Below, one piece after another: positions 7,503-14,693 of a DNA stretch of 22,465 nucleotides (its first letter is position 1; every line of letters starts with the position of its first letter). A program made the translations under genes and the position numbers. Below the pieces are notes generated by a model. It saw only the letters and a program-made list of their open reading frames with translations. It searched no databases and was not told where the DNA came from. The stretch is from a virus (lineage: Duplodnaviria > Heunggongvirae > Uroviricota > Caudoviricetes). The DNA is taken from the IMG/VR virus record IMGVR_UViG_3300020049_005532, positions 1-22,465 of that record. The stretch is one strand, 5' to 3'.

Positions 7503-8940
7503 ACCAAGTAAGAAGATGATTCAGGACGAGTTGTGGAGAAGGGGAGAACTTTCCTTTCTCTGTCATCCCGTTCAGAAGGAAATGAGAAACATTTTCTATT
7601 CTTCTGAGAAACATAGCATCTTGGTTTGGCTTTTGTCTCGTCAGTCAGGAAAATCTTCTCTACTTACGATACTTTCTCTGGAAGCAGCACTAAGAACTCC
7701 AAATAGTATCATAAAAATTATTACAGATACTAAGGTTCACGCAAAAACAATCTTTATTCCTATCTTTAACATGTTCCTTGAGTCATGTCCAGAAGAAATA
7801 AAGCCAAAATATCAAGTTAGTGAATACTGTTATGTATTTTCTAACGGAAGTCAGATCCAGCTTGCTGGCTCGGACGGTCAGCACTACGAACGTTTGCGAG
7901 GTCAGCGGTCTCATTTGGTTCTTGTTGACGAAGCTGGGTTCTGTGATGACTTAGATATCATGGTTAACTCGGTATTGTTACCAACCACCACACATACTGG
8001 CGGTAAATTAGTATTAGCCTCTACTCCTCCGAAAGAGTTTACTCATCCCTTCTTGGTTTTTTTAGAACAAGCAGAGCTGAATAATCTTTTAACGAAAAAA
8101 ACTATCTTTGATAACCCAATGCTTGGTCCAGAACAGATTGCTATCATCGAAAAGCAAATGGGCGGACGAACAAGCGAGCAGTTTCGTCGAGAATATCTCT
8201 GTGAGATCATTAAACTCTCAACTGACTCAGCATTGCCTGAAGTAACTGACGAGCTATTAGCAAAGATTGTAAAAGATCATCCAAAACCAGCACACTATGA
8301 CGGATATGTTGCGATGGATCTTGGATATCAGGATTTAACTGCGGTTATATTTGCATATTATGACTTTAGGCGCGACAAGATTGTAATTGAAGACGAACTT
8401 CCTTTTGATTTTAAAGAAAAAGGCAATACGATTCGTCAACTTGTGACAAGCATCTGTGCCAAGGAAGAAGAGATCTGGAATAATCCGTTAACAAACGAAA
8501 TGCGTGAGCCGCACATGCGAGTAAGCGACATTAATCATATTGTTACAAGCGAAATTAGATCTTACTCCAACGGTCGCCTTAACTTTCTTGTTCCCCGTAA
8601 GGATGATAAGAAGGCTGCCGTAAACAACCTTCGCGTTATGTTGATTAACGAGAAGATTATTATAAACCCTAAATGTCAAACTCTTATCCGCCACTTAAGA
8701 AACGTTAAGTGGAATAAAAAAGGCGATGAGTTTGCAAGAAGCGTTGACGACAGTCACTATGACTTTGTTGATGCTCTGATTTATTTGACTAGAAGTATTA
8801 ACTTTAAGAAAAACCCATACCCGCTTGGCTATGGAATGGATCTGAGAGAAGAAGACATGTTTCTTTCTAATCCAAAATCGTATTATAACCAGGATTCCAA
8901 GGCCGCATTCAGAGCCATCATGGGAATTAAGAAAAGGTAA
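7489..8940 (+). CDS. terL: Terminase large subunit
   Basis: Walker A SRQSGKS, Walker B LVLVDEAG, ASTPP coupling motif, nuclease motifs AMDLG and HYDFVDAL. Likely start ATG 7489. Confidence 0.93.
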   Translation: MSEIKPSKKMIQDELWRRGELSFLCHPVQKEMRNIFYSSEKHSILVWLLSRQSGKSSLLTILSLEAALRTPNSIIKIITDTKVHAKTIFIPIFNMFLESCPEEIKPKYQVSEYCYVFSNGSQIQLAGSDGQHYERLRGQRSHLVLVDEAGFCDDLDIMVNSVLLPTTTHTGGKLVLASTPPKEFTHPFLVFLEQAELNNLLTKKTIFDNPMLGPEQIAIIEKQMGGRTSEQFRREYLCEIIKLSTDSALPEVTDELLAKIVKDHPKPAHYDGYVAMDLGYQDLTAVIFAYYDFRRDKIVIEDELPFDFKEKGNTIRQLVTSICAKEEEIWNNPLTNEMREPHMRVSDINHIVTSEIRSYSNGRLNFLVPRKDDKKAAVNNLRVMLINEKIIINPKCQTLIRHLRNVKWNKKGDEFARSVDDSHYDFVDALIYLTRSINFKKNPYPLGYGMDLREEDMFLSNPKSYYNQDSKAAFRAIMGIKKR

Positions 8941-8942
8941 CT

Positions 8943-10988
8943 ATGGCTAACGAAGATATTTATTTTGCAGCGAAAGATGGACCAGAGTGTGCTCGTATCT
9001 TGCTAGATAAAGCGTCTACATTCTATGATAAGCTTAGTACCAATTCTTATTTGGATACAATGGCTAAGATGTGGCAAGCATATCACGGTATTTACGGTGA
9101 AGACGGCGGAAACCAACACGAAATTAAGTTTGGCGGAGAACAAGGCGAGCTAGTTAAGCTTCATGTTAACCATTTCCGTAACCTTGCCCAGCACATGCTT
9201 GTAATGATTACGTCTAATCGACCAATCATGCAAGCTCGAGCTATTAACACTGACTATAAATCGCTAGCACAGACATATCTTGCTAACGGCATCCTAGATT
9301 ATTACATGCGCGAAAAGCATTTAGAAGATGCTCTACGAAAAGCGGTGGAGATGTCCATCGTTCTTGGTGCAGCGTTCGTAAAAATGGAATGGAACGCTAC
9401 GGCAGGGGAACTTTATGACGCAGATCCAGAAACTGGAGAAATGCAGTATGAAGGCGAGATTGAATTCTCGAATCTCTCACCGTTTGACGTAGTTTTTGAT
9501 GGAACTAAGGAAACTTGGAACCAGGACTGGGTTCTTTGTCGTTCTTCACAGAACCGATATGATCTAGTTGCAAAATATCCTGAATATAAAGATAAGATCT
9601 TGGCTATTCCAAAGAAAGACCAGGTTCTTGGCTTTAATAAGTCATTGTTTAGCAACGATGACACAGATGATATCTTTATCTATGAATTCTTTCACAAAAG
9701 AACCGAAGCTGTTCCGGAAGGACGCTATATGTTGTTTGTAGCAAGCGATGTTGTGTTGCTTGAGACAAGACTTCCATATAGAACTCTCCCAGTCTTCCGT
9801 ATTTCTCCTTCAGACATCATGGGAACGCCTTACGGCTACAGTCCAATGTTCGATATCTTCCCAATTCAAGAAGGCATCAACGCATTGTATAGCACTATCA
9901 TGACAAACCAGAATGCTAATGGCGTTCAGAATCTTTGGATTGCTCCAGGATCTGATATTAACGTTGAGCAACTTGCTGGCGGACTAAACATTATTGAAAG
10001 TAACACAAAGCCTGAGCCACTTCAGCTTACTGCTACGCCAAAAGAAGTATTTGATTTCTTGCAGATGCTTATTCAGTCATCTGAGACAATCTCTGGCGTA
10101 AACTCTGTTTCACGAGGAAACCCAGAAGCATCTCTTAAGTCTGGCACAGCACTGGCGCTTGTTCAGTCGATGTCTTTGCAGTTTATCTCTGGGCTTCAAC
10201 AGTCTTATGTTCGTTTGATTGAAGACGTTGGCACTTCGCTAATTTCTATTCTAAAAGACTTTGCAATGACACCAAAAGTCGTTGCGCTTGTTGGTAAGAA
10301 CAATCGTCCGCTGTTAAAAGAATTTACTGGCGAGAACATCTCGGCAATTAACCGTGTCGTTGTTGACGTAGGCAATCCGCTTTCGCAATCGACAGCTGGT
10401 AAAGTTCAGATGGCAGAACAAATGCTTCAGATGGGTCTCATTAAGAACCCGCAACAGTATTTCCAGATTATGAACACAGGAAGACTTGATGTAGCATACG
10501 AAGATGAAATGGATGAGTTGCTCTTGATCAAACGAGAGAACGAAAGACTTATGGAAGGAGCACAAACTATTGTCTCCCCACTTGATGCTCACTCTCAACA
10601 CATCATGGAACATCGTGCAGTTCTTGCTGATCCAGATCTTCGTACAGATCCAGAATTAGTTCGTAATGTTCTTGATCATATTCAAGGGCACATTGATGCA
10701 CTTCGTAATACTGATCCATCGTTGTTACAGATGATTGGTCAACAGCCGCTCCCTCCAGCTGGAACGCCAGTTCCGCCTCCAGGACAAGAAGGCGCTCCGC
10801 CACAAGGCGAAGGTCCTCCTCCTGGTCAAGAAGGACAGGGCATGGCTCCTCCTCCTTCAGGATTTCCTCAAGTAGGCGAAACCGTTGTAGGACCAAATGC
10901 CGAAGGCGTGAGTCTTCCGCAAGTTCCGCAGCCGCCTCCTCCGTTTGAAAATCTTCCGGTAAGTGCCACAGAATTAATGCCTCAGTAA
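8943..10988 (+). CDS. Portal protein with Pro-rich C-terminal tail
   Basis: 681 aa ORF directly after terL, with portal-like helical composition and segments such as GEIEFSNLSPFDV and SETISGVNSVSRG. Confidence 0.85.
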   Translation: MANEDIYFAAKDGPECARILLDKASTFYDKLSTNSYLDTMAKMWQAYHGIYGEDGGNQHEIKFGGEQGELVKLHVNHFRNLAQHMLVMITSNRPIMQARAINTDYKSLAQTYLANGILDYYMREKHLEDALRKAVEMSIVLGAAFVKMEWNATAGELYDADPETGEMQYEGEIEFSNLSPFDVVFDGTKETWNQDWVLCRSSQNRYDLVAKYPEYKDKILAIPKKDQVLGFNKSLFSNDDTDDIFIYEFFHKRTEAVPEGRYMLFVASDVVLLETRLPYRTLPVFRISPSDIMGTPYGYSPMFDIFPIQEGINALYSTIMTNQNANGVQNLWIAPGSDINVEQLAGGLNIIESNTKPEPLQLTATPKEVFDFLQMLIQSSETISGVNSVSRGNPEASLKSGTALALVQSMSLQFISGLQQSYVRLIEDVGTSLISILKDFAMTPKVVALVGKNNRPLLKEFTGENISAINRVVVDVGNPLSQSTAGKVQMAEQMLQMGLIKNPQQYFQIMNTGRLDVAYEDEMDELLLIKRENERLMEGAQTIVSPLDAHSQHIMEHRAVLADPDLRTDPELVRNVLDHIQGHIDALRNTDPSLLQMIGQQPLPPAGTPVPPPGQEGAPPQGEGPPPGQEGQGMAPPPSGFPQVGETVVGPNAEGVSLPQVPQPPPPFENLPVSATELMPQ

Positions 10989-11001
10989 TAGGAGATTAGG
11001 G

Positions 11002-12867
11002 ATGGGAAAAGAACAAGCCGGTAAAGGTATAGTTAAAGGATTTAATTCTTTACGGAAAGCTTTAGGGCTTGCCGATAATCTACCTTTAGAGCGTGCAGCA
11101 GAGGCAGCTGATCCAGCAGTATTAAACAAAGTAGATCAATTGCTGATGGGACAAGGAATTGATCCCCAATCTATTGGTACATATGAAGACAAGATTAAAA
11201 CTCTTATTACAAAACCCGACGCTTATGCTGAATACCGTAAAACTTTAAATGAAGTTTATGGTGCTGGAGATAACAGAGCGGAAGCTGCTAAATGGGGCAA
11301 TAAAGATTGGTTTCATGGAACTACTGTCCCAATTGATGAATTTAAAAAGGACGCGCTAGGTTTATCAACTAACGCAAAATCAGCAGAAAAAGGATTCTTT
11401 TTTACTGATCACGCTCCTACTGCCGGAGATTATTCTGACCTGGCAGCTAACTCCGGAATAATTAGAGAAGGCGATACAGTTACGACAAGAATGTTATCAG
11501 AAACCGCGCCGCTTTTAGATGATTTAGATGTTTCTTTAAGAGATGCAAATATGGAAAAACAATTTGCAATTGACAGTTTTCGCCGACAAGTAGACAGAAA
11601 TGATAATACTCAAAAGTTAATTGAGGCAATTAAAAATAGAGGCGAAAAAGATGAAATTGCGGAAAGATTACCAAAGTTACAAGCTGATTTAGCTCGTGGA
11701 GAAAAATTTATAATAGATCAACAATCTAAAATAAAAACTTTTGATGACCAAATTAAGAATTTAGATGACAAAATAAAATCTCAAGGCCAAAATGTTATAC
11801 CCGTTAAATTGAGAGCCAAAGATGGCAAAATACATGTAAAAGATTACAAAGGTCAAGGTTACAGAGATACAACATATGCCGATGAAATGACAAAGGCGCA
11901 AGAAAAAGGTAATAGTGGCGTATTGTTTAAAAATACATACGACCCAGCCGACCCTAATAATAGAGTTCAGCAAAACATTGCGGCGGTATTTGAACCAGAA
12001 CAAATTCGTTCTAAATTTGCAGCATTTGATCCAGCATTAAACAAAAGTAAATGGATTATGGCAGGCGCAGCTGGCGCAGCAATAAACATGTTACCAGAAG
12101 AATCAGAAGGAAGCATGGCAAATCCAAAAAGTTTTAAACAATTAGCAGAAATAGCAAAATTTAAACAAGGTTATGTTGTACCAAAACCGCACAACATGGG
12201 TACACCAAAGATTACCGATATGGGTAATGTTAAATTTGAAACAGCTGAAGATGGCATGAAAACAATCATTCGACTTCCTGATGGCAAAACATTTAATGTT
12301 ACAAGCGATAAGGGCGATAGCCTTAATATGGCACAAGAGATGATCTATGGTCGTTCACCTAGCCAACCTGGCACTGGTAGCATGGGCGAGCCTGGTAAGA
12401 TCTCTGGCGATGTAGCTGGCACAATGGAGCGTTCACTAGATGAAACACAAGTGATTGAGCCTAAGTTCTCCGGTGATATTCCAGTTAAGAAGTCTGGTGG
12501 TTTTGTTGGAGCAGGGCTTGCTGGACAAGACGGTTTTGGTATGATGAAGGATTCTGCCAAAGACATGCTCTCCGGACTTAAACAAGGGTTTGATAAGTAT
12601 AGAGAAGTTGCCGTAAAGCCGGTTTCTGATAAACTTAAAAAGACGCTTACTCCAGATATTAATGTAGGAAAAGAGTCTTACCCGACTTCAAGCGTTGCTT
12701 CAGATTTTATTCTTGAAAATGCACCAGATGCAACAAATTATGTTGCTGGCGGAGTGGGAGCAGCAGTCGGAGCTTCAGATCTAGCGTCTAGTTTTGTGGA
12801 CGACGAGGAAGCTAAGAAGCGCGAATTAAACTTTGGCGGACTAAGAAGCATTTTAAACAAGAAATAG
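11002..12867 (+). CDS. Multidomain protein with an ADP-ribosyltransferase-like (ART-PolyVal type) domain; probable virion-associated protein
   Basis: WFHGT, KGFFFT..A..Y, VIPVKL, GNSGVLFKNTYD and AVFEPEQIRSKFAAFDP motifs; located between portal and scaffold. Confidence 0.7.
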   Translation: MGKEQAGKGIVKGFNSLRKALGLADNLPLERAAEAADPAVLNKVDQLLMGQGIDPQSIGTYEDKIKTLITKPDAYAEYRKTLNEVYGAGDNRAEAAKWGNKDWFHGTTVPIDEFKKDALGLSTNAKSAEKGFFFTDHAPTAGDYSDLAANSGIIREGDTVTTRMLSETAPLLDDLDVSLRDANMEKQFAIDSFRRQVDRNDNTQKLIEAIKNRGEKDEIAERLPKLQADLARGEKFIIDQQSKIKTFDDQIKNLDDKIKSQGQNVIPVKLRAKDGKIHVKDYKGQGYRDTTYADEMTKAQEKGNSGVLFKNTYDPADPNNRVQQNIAAVFEPEQIRSKFAAFDPALNKSKWIMAGAAGAAINMLPEESEGSMANPKSFKQLAEIAKFKQGYVVPKPHNMGTPKITDMGNVKFETAEDGMKTIIRLPDGKTFNVTSDKGDSLNMAQEMIYGRSPSQPGTGSMGEPGKISGDVAGTMERSLDETQVIEPKFSGDIPVKKSGGFVGAGLAGQDGFGMMKDSAKDMLSGLKQGFDKYREVAVKPVSDKLKKTLTPDINVGKESYPTSSVASDFILENAPDATNYVAGGVGAAVGASDLASSFVDDEEAKKRELNFGGLRSILNKK

Positions 12868-12902
12868 TTTATAGATAATTATTTTTAGTTATTATAAATA
12901 TT

Positions 12903-12913
12903 TTAACAACTTA
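12903..12913 (+). promoter_or_regulatory. TTAACAACTTA motif (candidate late promoter of the capsid operon)
   Basis: Exact 11-mer in the gap before the scaffold gene. Confidence 0.65.
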
Positions 12914-12978
12914 TATTATAAACAATCGGTTCTACCCATCGGCGAACCGCCTAAATCTACCCTATATCAGGGCGAAAC

Positions 12979-13905
12979 ATGGAGAATACAATGTCAGAAG
13001 CACAAGAGTCTTCAGCGCCAGTCGTTGAAGAAAGTCCTATTGAAGAAGCACTAGATGCTGCACCAGAACAAGAAGTTGCTCCGGTAACGCAAGCAGAGGT
13101 CAAAGCTAAAGCCAAGCTTAAGCAGTTAAAGCTTAAGATTTATGGTCAGGAAGTATCAGAAGACCTCCCGTTTGAAATTGATGATGATCCCAAAGTAGTT
13201 GAATACATGACGAAACAGCTGCAACTGGCTAAAGCGTCACAGCGTTCAATGCAGGAAAAGTCACAATTAGAAAAAGAAGTTGGAGCTTTCATTGAAGAAC
13301 TTAAGAAAAATCCTCGCAAAATTCTCTCCGATCCGCGTGTTTCGGTTGATCTTAAAAAGATGGCCGCTGAAATTATTGAAGAAGAAATTGAGCAATCTCG
13401 TAAATCCCCCGAGCAAATTGAAAAAGAAAAACTTGAGTCTCGTCTTCGTGAACTCGAAGAAGAACGTAAAAAAGAAAAAGAAGAACTCAAAGCGCGGGAA
13501 TTAGAACGTCATACTGAACAACAAATGTTGCAATATGACCAGATGATGACTAAAGCTCTTGAGAAGAGTGATCTACCAAAGTCTCCTTACATTGTTAAGA
13601 AGATGGCAGATTATATGCTTCTTGGACTTAATAATGATCTTAACTTAACACCAGACGACGTTGTTCCACTTGTCCGTGAAGAACTGCAAAATGATCTTAA
13701 AGAGATGTTTGCTGTAATGCCGGATGAAGTTATCGAAGCTGTTGTCGGTAAAGAAGTCTTTAATCGTGTTCGTAAAAAGAACGTGGCTAAAGCTAAAGTT
13801 GCTCCTACACCACTTAAAGCACAGATCAAAGATACTGGCATTAAGGGTGATGAGAAACCTAAAGCTATCGAAAAGAAATCAATGAAAGATTTCTTCGGTA
13901 TTTAA
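12979..13905 (+). CDS. Capsid scaffolding protein (putative)
   Basis: Acidic flexible N-terminus, long E/K coiled coil, short C-terminal helix KSMKDFFGI; lies between portal and capsid genes. Confidence 0.75.
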   Translation: MENTMSEAQESSAPVVEESPIEEALDAAPEQEVAPVTQAEVKAKAKLKQLKLKIYGQEVSEDLPFEIDDDPKVVEYMTKQLQLAKASQRSMQEKSQLEKEVGAFIEELKKNPRKILSDPRVSVDLKKMAAEIIEEEIEQSRKSPEQIEKEKLESRLRELEEERKKEKEELKARELERHTEQQMLQYDQMMTKALEKSDLPKSPYIVKKMADYMLLGLNNDLNLTPDDVVPLVREELQNDLKEMFAVMPDEVIEAVVGKEVFNRVRKKNVAKAKVAPTPLKAQIKDTGIKGDEKPKAIEKKSMKDFFGI

Positions 13906-14037
13906 TTATAAATTTGAACTAATGGCGAGTAGTTTGTAGTGACGCCGCTTACCCTTAATCGGATAGTGGACTATCTAAGCAGATAAAAGATATTAGCTAG
14001 AAGAGAAACAATAACAATTAACATTTGGAGACTAATA

Positions 14038-14505
14038 ATGTCTTACGAAGCAAAACTGCCCTTGGTAAAAAACCGTCAGGACAAAGTCCAGCGGCTTTCT
14101 ATCCCTTTGGCAATTACGGGAAACGCAACACCTGCGAATAAAGTAATTGCTGCCGATGAACCAACTATTTTGTTTGTTAAAACAGAAGGCTTGAATCAGA
14201 TCACTACTGCTTCTGGCGCTCTTGAAACAGGCGAAACTCTACCAACTCTTGCGACAGCAACTGATGCGACAGGCGTGTTCAACATGCTTATCAAAATCGG
14301 TGAGCCACTCGCTAAAGTTTGTTCAGTAAAACTGGTTCCTCGTGGAACGCAAAACGGCGCTATCGTCGCTTGCGAAATCCTAGCCTTCACAACTGGATCG
14401 GACAATTCTGGTCAATCTATCGTTGCTGAAGTAACATCTGGTGTAAACTTTTCTACACCAGCTAACCTCGACGCGACTATCGAAGTCGAATACGTCGTAT
14501 CATAA
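14038..14505 (+). CDS. Capsid-associated (decoration/cement-like) virion protein, putative
   Basis: 155 aa Ala/Thr/Val-rich beta-type ORF with GGAG RBS, immediately before the MCP. Confidence 0.55.
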   Translation: MSYEAKLPLVKNRQDKVQRLSIPLAITGNATPANKVIAADEPTILFVKTEGLNQITTASGALETGETLPTLATATDATGVFNMLIKIGEPLAKVCSVKLVPRGTQNGAIVACEILAFTTGSDNSGQSIVAEVTSGVNFSTPANLDATIEVEYVVS

Positions 14506-14522
14506 TTTTAAGGAGTTAATGT

Positions 14523-14693
14523 ATGGCTACTACTAACGCATTTAGTACCCCAGATAATACCGTAGGTAATCTGAATGGTATGTTCAAGGAAGTTTACGCG
14601 GATAAACTACAAGATCTTCTTCCGGACGGAGTAATCCTTTTGAAGGAAATCAAGTTTAACGGTAAAGACAAGCAACCAGGAAATCTTTTCCAT
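14523..14693 (+). CDS. MCP exon 1 (57 codons)
   Basis: MATTNAFSTPDNTVGNLNGMFKEVYADKL...PGNLFH, then an in-frame TAA that is the first three bases of intron 1. Confidence 0.85.

Noticed and set aside
10740-10960. Pro/Gly/Gln-rich PPPGQEG-like repeats as a separate repeat element
   Set aside because: This is an in-frame low-complexity tail of the portal protein, a common feature.
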